Assembly: GCA_038729485.1 (NCBI GenBank)
Contig: JAVYRX010000002.1
Span: 124,739 to 188,738, forward strand
DNA from: Thermoplasmatales archaeon
GTDB taxonomy: Archaea > Thermoplasmatota > Thermoplasmata > Thermoplasmatales > GCA-001856825
DNA length: 64,000 bases
Direction: 5' to 3'
Numbering within the stretch: the stretch's first letter is position 1; each line of letters begins with the position of its first letter. Under the pieces are notes generated by a model. It did no database searches. It was not told where the DNA came from and saw only the letters and a program-made list of their open reading frames with translations. The position numbers and the translations under genes are program-made. Below, piece by piece: positions 9,103-18,481 of the stretch.

Positions 9103-10085
9103 AGCTTTCTCCTCCTAAATAGTAGATAAATGAGAACAGGGGAGCCTATGAAAGCCGTTATTATTCCTACTGGTATCTCCCCTTCCGGCGTGCTCCTCGC
9201 AATGGTATCGCTCACTAAGAGCAGATTTGCTCCTATGAGGGGAGCAACGATGATAAGTAGGCTATGCGATTCGCCCACTATCTTTCTTCCTATGTGCGGG
9301 GAAACCAAACCTATGAAACCGATGATGCCAACGATGGATACGGCAAGACTTGTTATAAGGCTGGAAAGTAGTATGGCTAGCGTTTTGATCTTCCCTGTAT
9401 CTACTCCAAGGGTTTTGGCCTGCTCATCCCCCATGAGCATTATGTCCATCTCCCTTGTTATGTATAGGAAAATTGGCATGGAAACAACGAGCACTATGAA
9501 TAAATAGTAATCGTCTTTCCAGGTTGCCCCATAAAGACCACCAAGGAGCCAGAACAGCACGCCTCTAAGATTGTAGATCTTCACGTATATTAGATACGAT
9601 GCTACGGCAGAAAACAGGAAGCTCACGGAAACGCCCGCAAGAATCAGAATCTCAGCCCTAATTTCACCGCCGGACCTTGATATCATGAAAGCGATGCCGA
9701 CTGCCAGCATCGCGAACAAAAAAGCCAGGAAGGGAACTAGGTACGGGGAAACTAAGAAACCTATGGCAGCCCCAACGGCCGCTCCGCTTGAAACCCCAGT
9801 AAGATAAGGGTCCCCCAGGGGATTTCTGAAAATCGTCTGGGTTACTAGTCCGGATATCCCTAAGATCATCCCTATTATGACGGCTAGAATTATTCTGGGG
9901 AGGCGGACGTAGAAAATTATTGTGGTCACTGTCAAATTTGGATCATGCCCTATGAAAAATTGAAGCATGTTCTCCATTATGGTTGGTATGGAAATATTCA
10001 CAGGACCTATGTAGAGCGATACTGTCACGTTTAATAGAGTTAAAAAAACGAGAAAAATTATGAACAGGTAATACCTAGATTTCAT
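9099..10085 (-). CDS. ABC transporter permease, FecCD/BtuC family
   Basis: 328 aa and polytopic, with a FecCD-like pattern (RNPLGDPYLTGVSSGAA...). It shares 4-nt overlaps with both neighbours. Confidence 0.8.
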   Translation of the reverse strand: MKSRYYLFIIFLVFLTLLNVTVSLYIGPVNISIPTIMENMLQFFIGHDPNLTVTTIIFYVRLPRIILAVIIGMILGISGLVTQTIFRNPLGDPYLTGVSSGAAVGAAIGFLVSPYLVPFLAFLFAMLAVGIAFMISRSGGEIRAEILILAGVSVSFLFSAVASYLIYVKIYNLRGVLFWLLGGLYGATWKDDYYLFIVLVVSMPIFLYITREMDIMLMGDEQAKTLGVDTGKIKTLAILLSSLITSLAVSIVGIIGFIGLVSPHIGRKIVGESHSLLIIVAPLIGANLLLVSDTIARSTPEGEIPVGIITAFIGSPVLIYLLFRRRKL

Positions 10086-11035
10086 TGGAATGCCTGGGGA
10101 TAAAGGAATTCGGCTACTGTTCTCACTGCATAAACGCTCAGCGGACCTGGCTCATCCATCCAGTTTGATTCTGTCACGTTAAAGAAAAGCACCTTCCCTG
10201 TTTTTATGGCAGTGACGTTTTTCCATAGTACAGCTTGCGACCCTGTTGTGAAATAAGACATGCTGGTAACTGGCGTATCGTTGTCCACTATTATAGCCTG
10301 AGGGTTATCGTATATGACCTGCTCGATGCTTATCGCAGGGTATGGTGAAGAGAGATTTCCTGCGATGTTTATGGCTCCGGCATCTTGAAGAATGTTATTT
10401 ATGAAACTTCCGGGCCCCGCTGTGTATATTGGCTCCGACCACATCATGTAGAGCAGTGAGACTCTGGGATATGCTGATATTTTTTCTTCTACGCTTTGAA
10501 TTCCTTGTTTCATTGAATTGACCTCCTTAATGGCTCCATTCTCATGGCCCGTAATGTTACCCAGGACGAGCATATCCTGGTAAATCTGCTGTATGTTCTC
10601 GGGTTGGAATACTATGACGGGTATGGAAAGGTTTTCCAGCTGATCGATTATCTGCGGTGGCTGAATTCCTCCATACGCAAGAACCAGATTTGGCTCCATG
10701 CTGACGACCTCTTCAACGGATGCCGTACCGTTGTCCATTTCTACCTTTGGAAGCTTTGTGGCATTGGAAGGCCACCAATCGTAGCTGGTGTCAGCTACTA
10801 CAAGATTCCCTGCACCAATTGCGAACATCATCTGCGTGTTTGAAGGATCCATTGAAACAACCCTCGTCACGGGCAAAGGAATCGTCTCCGTCACGTTGTT
10901 TCCATCGAGATTGTAAGTCACAACTATATCCTTGGCTTTTGGCGGGGATTCGTGGGCTGTAAGAATGTAGGCAGTTGTGGAAACGACGACTACAAGCACA
11001 ACCACAGCTATGGTTATGATGAGTTTTGCCTTCAT
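10082..11035 (-). CDS. ABC transporter substrate-binding protein (BtuF/FepB-like), membrane-anchored
   Basis: 317 aa with an N-terminal hydrophobic anchor (IITIAVVVLVVVV). It is the first gene of the three-gene importer operon. Confidence 0.7.
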   Translation of the reverse strand: MKAKLIITIAVVVLVVVVSTTAYILTAHESPPKAKDIVVTYNLDGNNVTETIPLPVTRVVSMDPSNTQMMFAIGAGNLVVADTSYDWWPSNATKLPKVEMDNGTASVEEVVSMEPNLVLAYGGIQPPQIIDQLENLSIPVIVFQPENIQQIYQDMLVLGNITGHENGAIKEVNSMKQGIQSVEEKISAYPRVSLLYMMWSEPIYTAGPGSFINNILQDAGAINIAGNLSSPYPAISIEQVIYDNPQAIIVDNDTPVTSMSYFTTGSQAVLWKNVTAIKTGKVLFFNVTESNWMDEPGPLSVYAVRTVAEFLYPQAFQ

Positions 11036-11118
11036 AATTTAAAATATAATTGAAATATTTAAAATTTATTTGACAGCAATACGCTAACTTTTTTTTATTT
11101 AAAACGAATAACTAAAAA

Positions 11119-11385
11119 ATGCAGTGCAACATCAAATTTTTTGGAATAGTTCAGGGAGTAGGCTTTAGAGAAAGGACTAGGAGAATGGCCAAGTCTCTAA
11201 ACGTCAGGGGCTGGGTTAGAAATTTAATGGACGGGTCAGTAGAGGCAATGATGCAAGGAAACCCAGAGGACGTAGAAGCCCTAATAAGCTACTGCACTTC
11301 ACAGATCCCAGATGCTCTGGTAACAGATGTAGCAAAAAAATATGTAGAAGAAGAAGACTTCTACGACTTTAAAATAATAAAATAA
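11119..11385 (+). CDS. acyP: Acylphosphatase
   Basis: 88 aa with VQGVGFR and GWVRNLMDGSVE signatures. Confidence 0.85.
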   Translation: MQCNIKFFGIVQGVGFRERTRRMAKSLNVRGWVRNLMDGSVEAMMQGNPEDVEALISYCTSQIPDALVTDVAKKYVEEEDFYDFKIIK

Positions 11386-11390
11386 GGGGA

Positions 11391-11909
11391 TTAAACTTTT
11401 AATGTGGCATCTCCAGGTTCCCAGTCCACGGGACAGAGGCCACCAGACTGCAACGCAGACAGCACCCTGAATGTCTCCTCAGTGCTTCTTCCCACGTTGT
11501 CGTCAGTTACGACCATGTATTTGATTATCCCATCCGGGTTTATTATGAAAAGACCTCTGAATGAGTTTCCTGAATCCTCGTTAAGAACTCCGTAATCCCT
11601 GGATATATCCCCCTTTCTGTCCTCTACCATAGGGTATCTGGCTTTTGAAACCCTCTTATCGTGCTCAACCCATGCCTGGTGGACGTAAACCGTATCTCTA
11701 CTGACGGATACTATTTCTGCTCCTGCCTTCTTGAATTCATCGTACTTCTCGGCAAATCCTTCTATTTCCGTGGGACAAACAAACGTAAAATCGGCTGGGT
11801 AGAAGAAAAGGATTACCCACTTCCCCCTCAATTTTGACAGTCTGAAATCCTCTATTTTTCCGTTTACGAATGCCCTCGCCTGAAAATCAGGTGCATGTTT
11901 TCCAATCAT
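11391..11909 (-). CDS. Peroxiredoxin (AhpC/TSA, 2-Cys type)
   Basis: It has the FTFVCPTE peroxidatic Cys motif and a C-terminal GGLCPVDW. The start was moved to the internal ATG (MIGKHAPDF) because a TTTATATT box lies about 40 nt upstream of it. Confidence 0.85.
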   Translation of the reverse strand: MIGKHAPDFQARAFVNGKIEDFRLSKLRGKWVILFFYPADFTFVCPTEIEGFAEKYDEFKKAGAEIVSVSRDTVYVHQAWVEHDKRVSKARYPMVEDRKGDISRDYGVLNEDSGNSFRGLFIINPDGIIKYMVVTDDNVGRSTEETFRVLSALQSGGLCPVDWEPGDATLKV

Positions 11910-12213
11910 TTCATCACCCTTTAACTCATTTAGAGGAGTGAATGCAACAATATAAACGTTGGCAAAAGCTTCAATTTGGGCTAAAATTTGCAGAGTCAAT
12001 AACAGTGAGTTTCCCTTCCCTTCATGTGGCAGTCTCGAATCAAAAAGGTCCCATTTACCCTGTTTAGAATATTTCCGGGAAATGGAATCTTTTCAGGAGA
12101 ACCCCCTTTATTTGGCAAGATTCATCTCTTTGCTTATTTTGGTTCAGGTAGATTATCAACAGTTAACGCTACCGTTTCACATTTACAGGCTTTGCCAGTT
12201 GAATCGCTTCGCC

Positions 12214-13218
12214 TTAATAGTATCCCTTGTACCTTAAACCAAGGTTGCTTATTTCTATGCCTTCCCCTTCTTTTACCTCTCCGACCACTTCTGGTCCAAC
12301 ATTTTCAAGCCGATCAAGAGCGTCCCTAACTTCCTTTTTAGGTAAAATTATGAACATTCCTATTCCCATATTGAACGTCTGAAATGCCTCCTTGGTTGAA
12401 ATATTACCGTCTTCCATTACCTTCCTGAATACGTATGGGATTTCTGGATAGACCAGCTGATATTTCACCTTCTTTAGACGGGAAAGATTCCTGACTCCGC
12501 CGCCCGTAACGTGCGATATGCCATGAATTTCCAGATCTTCTAATAGAGCAAGAATGGGCGATGAATATATTTTGGTCCCGGTTAGCAGCCTCTTCCAAAG
12601 CGGAACCCCCTTTATTCTTAAATTTAAGGCGTCATCTTTTCCCTCATATATTTTCCTCAAGAGCGAAAAACCGTTGGAATGAAAGCCGTTTGATGGGAGC
12701 CCTACAATTGTATCACCCGCCTTAATCCTGTTTCCGTTGATTACCCTTCTCTTTCCAACAAAACCGACAACTGTTCCTGATATGTCTATGCCACTAACAA
12801 GATCCGGTACTGATGCTGTTTCTCCTCCGACAACTGCAACGCCTGCCTCCCTGCTGGCTCTATCTATGCTCTTCCCTATTGCAGAACCCATTTTCCTGTC
12901 AAGCACTGAACCAGCGATGTAATCAACCATCGCAATTGGTTCTGCACCGATGCAGACTATATCATTCACATTCATCCCGACGAGGTCATATCCAATCTCT
13001 TCGAAATAATGGTATTTGAGGGCTAAAATAGTCTTCGTTCCCACGTTATCCGTATGAACGGCAATGTAGCCATCATTGAATGACACCAAACCGGAATAGT
13101 GCCCTATCTTAGCTGCTCTTCTGTATTTTTTCCCCTTATAAGTTAGACCCGCAATTATTGAATCTCTGAAGGCTCCGACAGTATCAAAGTCCACACCACT
13201 TTCCTTATACGTTGGCAT
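12214..13218 (-). CDS. purM: Phosphoribosylformylglycinamidine cyclo-ligase (AIR synthetase)
   Basis: 334 aa with PurM-type motifs (VHTDNVGTK, DYIA, GGETA, THVTGGG). Confidence 0.85.
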   Translation of the reverse strand: MPTYKESGVDFDTVGAFRDSIIAGLTYKGKKYRRAAKIGHYSGLVSFNDGYIAVHTDNVGTKTILALKYHYFEEIGYDLVGMNVNDIVCIGAEPIAMVDYIAGSVLDRKMGSAIGKSIDRASREAGVAVVGGETASVPDLVSGIDISGTVVGFVGKRRVINGNRIKAGDTIVGLPSNGFHSNGFSLLRKIYEGKDDALNLRIKGVPLWKRLLTGTKIYSSPILALLEDLEIHGISHVTGGGVRNLSRLKKVKYQLVYPEIPYVFRKVMEDGNISTKEAFQTFNMGIGMFIILPKKEVRDALDRLENVGPEVVGEVKEGEGIEISNLGLRYKGYY

Positions 13219-13291
13219 CTGTCAGGAATTACGTATGAAGTAAATAAAGGTGACCTGTTAAATAATAACTGTTGATTAGGTCAGGGGAGAA

Positions 13292-14203
13292 GTGAAGATA
13301 CTCTCAGAATTTCTCGGAACGATGAAGAGCTTCTCGTTGTACGAGATTCAGGGCCTTTTGAGGGCGTATGGAGGGAAATTGGAGGAGGTGAACGACAACT
13401 ACCTCATCTTTGAGACTGATTCAGCCGAGAGAATTGCCAAAAGGGTTACGTTCTCCAGGAGGCTTGGAATAGTTGTGGAGGACGGTTTGATAGACATAGG
13501 CAACAGATCGTTTGCCTTGAGGGAGGGTAAATGCCATGAAGCAGAATCAAAGATACCCAGTATCGCTGCTAAGATAAGGGGGAGAGTTGATCTTGAGCAT
13601 CCTGATGTCACTTTTGTCATTTACGACTGCGGCAAGCTGATTATGACTAGGAACATATTTGAGAGAAAGGAAAGTTCTCTATTGGATAGCGGTTATCGGG
13701 TCAGGCCTTTCAACCATCCTTCATCAATTTCTCCGGTCATTGCTAGGGCTATGATAAACGTTGCCTCTCTTCGTGATAACGACCTCTTTGTTGATCCCTT
13801 TGCCGGGACCGGTACGTTCCTTATAGAAGGTTACAGGATGAACGTAAGGGGAATTGGAATAGACAGGGACAGAAGAATGGTTGAAGGATGCAATAGGAAC
13901 CTCGCGTTTTTTGGATTTCCGGAGACTGCCGTCCTTGGGGACTTTTCACATTTGCTTGAGGCTGGGAACTTGTCTGCAATCGTAACCGATCCTCCGTACG
14001 GAAGGGGAGCAAGGATATTTTCAGATTCAAGGGAGTCCCTCTACGCCAGGCTGTTCTCCCTATTCGCGGATATCAATATGCCAAAAGTATTCGTCCTACC
14101 ATCGGTTGAACTTCTGGATTTGGCAAAACAATACATGAAAGTGGAAATTGTTGAGAACGTGAGGGTTCACTCTTCTCTCACGCGCTTGATAGTTAAGGCC
14201 TAA
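13292..14203 (+). CDS. THUMP-type tRNA (guanine-N2)-methyltransferase (Trm11/Trm-G10-like)
   Basis: SAM motif I DPFAGTGTFLIE is followed by motif IV VTDPPYG. The N-terminal ~130 aa is consistent with a THUMP-like domain. Confidence 0.65.
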   Translation: MKILSEFLGTMKSFSLYEIQGLLRAYGGKLEEVNDNYLIFETDSAERIAKRVTFSRRLGIVVEDGLIDIGNRSFALREGKCHEAESKIPSIAAKIRGRVDLEHPDVTFVIYDCGKLIMTRNIFERKESSLLDSGYRVRPFNHPSSISPVIARAMINVASLRDNDLFVDPFAGTGTFLIEGYRMNVRGIGIDRDRRMVEGCNRNLAFFGFPETAVLGDFSHLLEAGNLSAIVTDPPYGRGARIFSDSRESLYARLFSLFADINMPKVFVLPSVELLDLAKQYMKVEIVENVRVHSSLTRLIVKA

Positions 14204-14378
14204 CCGATGCCGCCTTGTCCAGTAATGCGAAAAGATTCTTTGAAATACGCTGACAGCATGAACTAATTTATCTCTCCGTTGGCAGATAGGAAAATCTTTT
14301 CATTCCTAAGCTTAACGGGGCACATTTTCCGTAATCTTGAGCGGGATAAAACTAAATAAGATATGGTGATTAACGGGC

Positions 14379-14615
14379 ATGGTCAAGAGAACTTACCTCT
14401 CTATAATCTTTAACACCGAAGGTGAGAGGCCATCTGAGATTATCGCAAGACTGCAGTCTCTTGGCTTCAGTCCAATAACCGGTACCAGGGATCTTGTGTA
14501 CGAGTGGGGAGATCATGCGACTGTAGCTGATGCGATATCTCTAATTGACAGGGTTCATGCTACCCTTGGCGGGTACAATGTCCTGTTTACGGCCGAGACC
14601 ATCGACGAGAGATAG
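14379..14615 (+). CDS. Small hypothetical protein (78 aa)
   Basis: ORF only, with no recognisable motif. Its 3' end is convergent with and overlaps rnp4. Confidence 0.35.
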   Translation: MVKRTYLSIIFNTEGERPSEIIARLQSLGFSPITGTRDLVYEWGDHATVADAISLIDRVHATLGGYNVLFTAETIDER

Positions 14616-14898
14616 GGAGGCGCCTTACATAACCGCAATGCTTGCAGCTAACAGTAAGATGGGATTTGTTTATTCGTATGTGTCCACCGTTCGCGTAAAT
14701 GCTTCTCTTGCATTTCCTGCAAATCCAGATCTTTGCCTCCGGGATCAGGGGCGCCTTGTACTTCAAAGAATATAGCGAAATCAATTGAAACTTTCTATTC
14801 GCGTAGTCATATTTCCCTGCTTTTTCGTCTTCTACAGCTAGTTCGAAGAGCTCTCTAATGCGCTCGCCTGCAATCCTTGTTTCATTTTGTCTTCCCAT
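14587..14898 (-). CDS. rnp4: Ribonuclease P protein component 4 (Rpp21/RNP4)
   Basis: 103 aa with a basic helical N-terminus and a zinc ribbon CRKC...CKHCGY. Confidence 0.7.
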   Translation of the reverse strand: MGRQNETRIAGERIRELFELAVEDEKAGKYDYANRKFQLISLYSLKYKAPLIPEAKIWICRKCKRSIYANGGHIRINKSHLTVSCKHCGYVRRLPISRRWSRP

Positions 14899-16102
14899 CT
14901 ATAAAGACACCCTTCCTTGAGCTGACGACGTCCCCCTCCTGTATAATAAGTTCTCCTCTCAGATAAACCTCATCTGGAAAAATTGCATCAAATCCATCAA
15001 AAGGGCTCCATCCGGCTTTAGAATGAAGCTCCTCTCCCTTCACTTTCTTCACGTTGTCGAAATTGACTGAAATAAAGTCTGCATCATATCCTGCCGCGAT
15101 GTAACCCTTGTTGACCCTGCATATACGCGAAGGAGCTTCCATCAATAAAGAAACCAAGAGTTTCAATGTGGGAATGACCCCCTTCCTGTAAAGACTCAAA
15201 ATCAGTGGGACTCTCGTTTCCACACCAGGAATTCCGGAAGGCGACGTGGAGAAATCGGATTTTTCCTCAGCCGTATGAGGTGCATGATCTGATGAAATCA
15301 CGTCCACATATCCAGAGCCAACATTTTCCATGAGCTCCTCCTGGACAGACCTTTTGCGAAGTGGAGGATTCACCTTGCCGAATGAACCTATGCTCATTTC
15401 GTTGTTAAGAAGCAGGTGATGGGGCGTAACCTCCGTAGTGAAACCCAGAGACTTTGAGAGATGAATAGCTCTGTTGGTGGTAATGTGAGCTATGTGAACG
15501 TTTTTTTCCAGGTATTCCGGAATTGACTCTATGGCTCTAATCTCGCATTCAATTGGTCTCGCTCTGTCGTGCTCGATCAGGTTTCTTGACTGGAGTTTGT
15601 TTTCATCAAGGCATTCCTGCAGCTCTGCATGAACGACTTTTACCTTTTCTGACCATACGCATCTATCCGGGTCGGTTATCAACCCGCCTGTTGATTTTCC
15701 AAGGAATATCTTTTCCCCGATTGCTGATTCAACTATGCAATCAGAAGCAAGCTGATAAAGGCCGAAATCGACGTAGCTTTTTCCTGATACAAGTCTTCTC
15801 TTGCTATCAAATGCCTCATCATTAGCTATTGGAATCTTATTATTGGGCATATCAAAAACTGTAGTGGTACCACCCATCGCAGCAGAGAGAGATCCCGTCG
15901 CAAAATCTTCTTTATACTCTTCCCCCGGGTCCCTGAAATGTACGTGCATATCCACCCCGCCTGGGAGAATGAAGCCAGGAATCGGTGTCACGTCATTTCC
16001 TTCTCTTTCCATTGAAACTTTCTTTATAACGCCGTTTTCGACGATAACGTATCGCTCCCTAAACTCGCCGTCAACGAAAAAATTACCGCGGAATGCTTCC
16101 AT
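14882..16102 (-). CDS. pyrC: Dihydroorotase
   Basis: 406 aa amidohydrolase with VDMHVHFRDPG and SDHAPH metal ligands. Confidence 0.8.
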   Translation of the reverse strand: MEAFRGNFFVDGEFRERYVIVENGVIKKVSMEREGNDVTPIPGFILPGGVDMHVHFRDPGEEYKEDFATGSLSAAMGGTTTVFDMPNNKIPIANDEAFDSKRRLVSGKSYVDFGLYQLASDCIVESAIGEKIFLGKSTGGLITDPDRCVWSEKVKVVHAELQECLDENKLQSRNLIEHDRARPIECEIRAIESIPEYLEKNVHIAHITTNRAIHLSKSLGFTTEVTPHHLLLNNEMSIGSFGKVNPPLRKRSVQEELMENVGSGYVDVISSDHAPHTAEEKSDFSTSPSGIPGVETRVPLILSLYRKGVIPTLKLLVSLLMEAPSRICRVNKGYIAAGYDADFISVNFDNVKKVKGEELHSKAGWSPFDGFDAIFPDEVYLRGELIIQEGDVVSSRKGVFIDGKTK

Positions 16103-16720
16103 TCATTTCTCCCGATTGAGAATCTTTCTGAAGACGGGTCCTCGCGGTTCCGCCTCGTAGAATATTTCAGCTCCGAAGGTGTATATTGACGTATCTGGAT
16201 CCTTCCAGCATTCAGGTTCCATCCCCGCTTTCCAGCAAACGGAGTTCAGAAAATCCGTTCCGTTCATTTTTTCCTCTACCGCAACCTGCGGAAGTAGAAG
16301 GCCCGAATATCCGTCTCTTTCAGCTATCAGCCCGTCCCTTCCTACTACTATTGCGCTTGGGGCCTCGCTCCTCTTGTTGACTTTCAAAGTGACGGGCTTC
16401 GTTAGCAGGGAGACTTCCACTATTATATTATCCATTTCCTCCTTTGTCACGGGTGGAAATCTCGGATCATTTACTGCCGCTGATATGGCACTCCTTATTA
16501 TGGCCTCTCCTAGCGGATATACTGGTTCAGGGAAGCCTATGCATCCCCTGAGTTCACCAGAAACAGTATTTAGAGTCGTGAAAACTCCTCTCTTTTCAAC
16601 GAACTTCCCTCCGTAGCTGTTCTTTATCACTAATTTGATATCGATGTATTCCTCGATTGCTCTCCTTGCCATTTTAGTTGCAATTTCTCCATCTTCATCA
16701 GTATACTCTTGTGAGATCAT
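16103..16720 (-). CDS. AMMECR1-domain protein
   Basis: 205 aa with the hallmark LRGCIG motif and PRFPPV. Confidence 0.85.
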   Translation of the reverse strand: MISQEYTDEDGEIATKMARRAIEEYIDIKLVIKNSYGGKFVEKRGVFTTLNTVSGELRGCIGFPEPVYPLGEAIIRSAISAAVNDPRFPPVTKEEMDNIIVEVSLLTKPVTLKVNKRSEAPSAIVVGRDGLIAERDGYSGLLLPQVAVEEKMNGTDFLNSVCWKAGMEPECWKDPDTSIYTFGAEIFYEAEPRGPVFRKILNREK

Positions 16721-17763
16721 ACTCCTCGCTTATCCCCCCAAATAAATTTGTGAAGCTGGGGCAATACTCTGATATTTAATCTTTCCTTTAATACTTTTTC
16801 TGCCAGTTCCTTGAGATTCTTACCCCCCTCCGGCTGGAAAATTATTTCACCGTCGAATGGATATTTTTCAATTATTGATTTTGAAAATTGGAAATCGTTA
16901 TCATCCTCTATCACGAACTTTAGATAATCCTTCTTACCCAATAATTCAATGTTCTCGTAAAGATTATGTTCGACCATGTTGGACGAAGGCGTCTTAATGT
17001 CCATAGAAATAATCATGTTATCTTCAGTTGGAACGTTTTCTATAGAAATAGAGCCGCTCGTCTCCAGTATGATTGTAAACTCATTGTCTAGTAGCCTATG
17101 CATTAGGGGGTAAACGTCCGGCTGGAGAAGCGGTTCCCCGCCAGTTATTGAAACTAGCTTAGTTCCGTATTGCTGAGCCTCTTGTATCAGATCGTCAACG
17201 CTTCTCTTATAACCGCCAGAGTATGAATACTTGGTATCGCAGTTGTGCGATGCAAACGGACCGGAAATGTAATTATGAGTTTCAGTCTCAAAATGATTTA
17301 TTGTCCTGACACCTGAGTATTCGATTTTAACAACGAGATCCTTTTCAACCTTGATCTTTTCCCCTATGGCCACATCTCCCTCGTTTATCACTCTAATCTC
17401 TTTCCCTATCGATCTATCAGCTCTAACTGTCTGGGTCCCAGATACGTAAAAGGGATGTTCAGGCGTCACCACTATGCTTTTTCCCGATTCGGTGGTTATC
17501 TTGACCGTTTCTGATCTGGTCTTGATTGTGTTAAGTACCTTGGCTCTTTTAAACGTGCCGTTTGAGAAGCCGATTAGACGATCCCCCTTTTTAACATTGC
17601 GAGCCTTCTTCCATTTCATTTCATCGGTAAGTATTGGCTCTTCTCCGGCAGGGGTCCAAGTACACCTGAGGTTGCATCCTGACAGCCGAATGAAGAAGGT
17701 GGGTTTACCTATATGAGGACCTTCGCCTTCCAATGAATAGAACGTCTCGATAATAGTGAGCAC
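16717..17763 (-). CDS. queE: 7-carboxy-7-deazaguanine synthase (radical SAM QueE), interrupted in frame by a mini-intein
   Basis: N-terminal SLEGEGPHIGKPTFFIRLSGCNLRCTW and, 138 aa later, CDTKYSY...SITGGEPLL. The exteins join to give the QueE CX3CX2C motif. Confidence 0.85.
   Translation of the reverse strand: MLTIIETFYSLEGEGPHIGKPTFFIRLSGCNLRCTWTPAGEEPILTDEMKWKKARNVKKGDRLIGFSNGTFKRAKVLNTIKTRSETVKITTESGKSIVVTPEHPFYVSGTQTVRADRSIGKEIRVINEGDVAIGEKIKVEKDLVVKIEYSGVRTINHFETETHNYISGPFASHNCDTKYSYSGGYKRSVDDLIQEAQQYGTKLVSITGGEPLLQPDVYPLMHRLLDNEFTIILETSGSISIENVPTEDNMIISMDIKTPSSNMVEHNLYENIELLGKKDYLKFVIEDDNDFQFSKSIIEKYPFDGEIIFQPEGGKNLKELAEKVLKERLNIRVLPQLHKFIWGDKRGV
17242..17655 (-). mobile_element. Mini-intein (138 aa, no endonuclease domain) within queE
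   Basis: Block A-like TPAGEEPILTDE...GDRLIG, block B IVVTPEHPF (TxxH), and block F/G VRTINHFETETHNYISGPFASHN followed by a +1 Cys. The boundaries were checked on the DNA: the acc Thr codon is at 17653-17655 and the aac Asn codon at 17242-17244. Confidence 0.8.
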
Positions 17764-17793
17764 TTTAACTATATTACGGATCGGAATAAATCT

Positions 17794-18414
17794 TTACTGT
17801 GACTTCGAAAGAACCATTTCGCAATCAAACTTCTCAGAGGAAACGGTGTCCTTCTTTATGAGTTTATACGATGGAAGCATAGATCTTATGAGAGCGTCTT
17901 CGAAAGAACTGCAGAGAAGCTTTTCCTTATCAAGTGCGAGAGAGTAATAAATGCAATTATTCCTTTTAATTACGAGAGCACCGTCTTTCTCGAACGCAGT
18001 TGCCATACAGCCCAAACTGTTGTAAAAATTTATGAGCGCGGAGACGCCGTCAGCACTTCCTGGATTTTGGCTTGCTATTCTTTGCCCCGCTCTCTTGAGG
18101 AACTCCCTGACCCACTCGATACCGTTCTCCCTCGAAAGTTCGTCAAGGACAATCTTCAGAAGGAAATCATACCTTTTTGGAAAGAGATTCATTCCGTCGG
18201 CTGAGATATAGTACGTCTTCTTCGGTCTCCCGACTCCCGTTCTTATGAAACGAGATTCAACATATCCCCTTCCTTCAAGAACGCTAAGATGTTCCCTTAC
18301 CGCATTATTTCTGATGTTAAGCTTTCTAGCCAATTCGTAAATGCCTTTTGGACTTTCCAATAATTCTTCCAAGATTCTTTGCTTGCTGTATCCAAGGGAG
18401 CTTATCTCTTCCAT
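17794..18414 (-). CDS. ArsR-type winged-helix regulator with a Cys-containing C-terminal domain (SufR-like, COG2345-like)
   Basis: N-terminal wHTH (RILEELL...IYELARKLNIRNNAVREHLSVLEGRGYV...GRPKKTYYISADG). The C-terminal domain has four Cys. The gene is divergent from the suf operon. Confidence 0.6.
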   Translation of the reverse strand: MEEISSLGYSKQRILEELLESPKGIYELARKLNIRNNAVREHLSVLEGRGYVESRFIRTGVGRPKKTYYISADGMNLFPKRYDFLLKIVLDELSRENGIEWVREFLKRAGQRIASQNPGSADGVSALINFYNSLGCMATAFEKDGALVIKRNNCIYYSLALDKEKLLCSSFEDALIRSMLPSYKLIKKDTVSSEKFDCEMVLSKSQ

Positions 18415-18473
18415 TTCATTAATAAGATTGATTGGTCATATATAATTTTTATCAATTTAGACAGTAAAAAATG

Positions 18474-18481
18474 TTTAAATA
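18474..18481 (+). promoter_or_regulatory. Putative TATA box for the suf operon (leaderless sufC transcript)
   Basis: TTTAAATA is centred about 26 nt upstream of the ATG at 18504. A second AT box (18437-18450) faces the divergent regulator. Confidence 0.4.

Noticed and set aside
11910-11999. 30-codon N-terminal extension of the peroxiredoxin ORF
   Set aside because: The extension contains the likely TATA box (TTTATATT on the coding strand). Prx homologues start near MIGKHAPDF.
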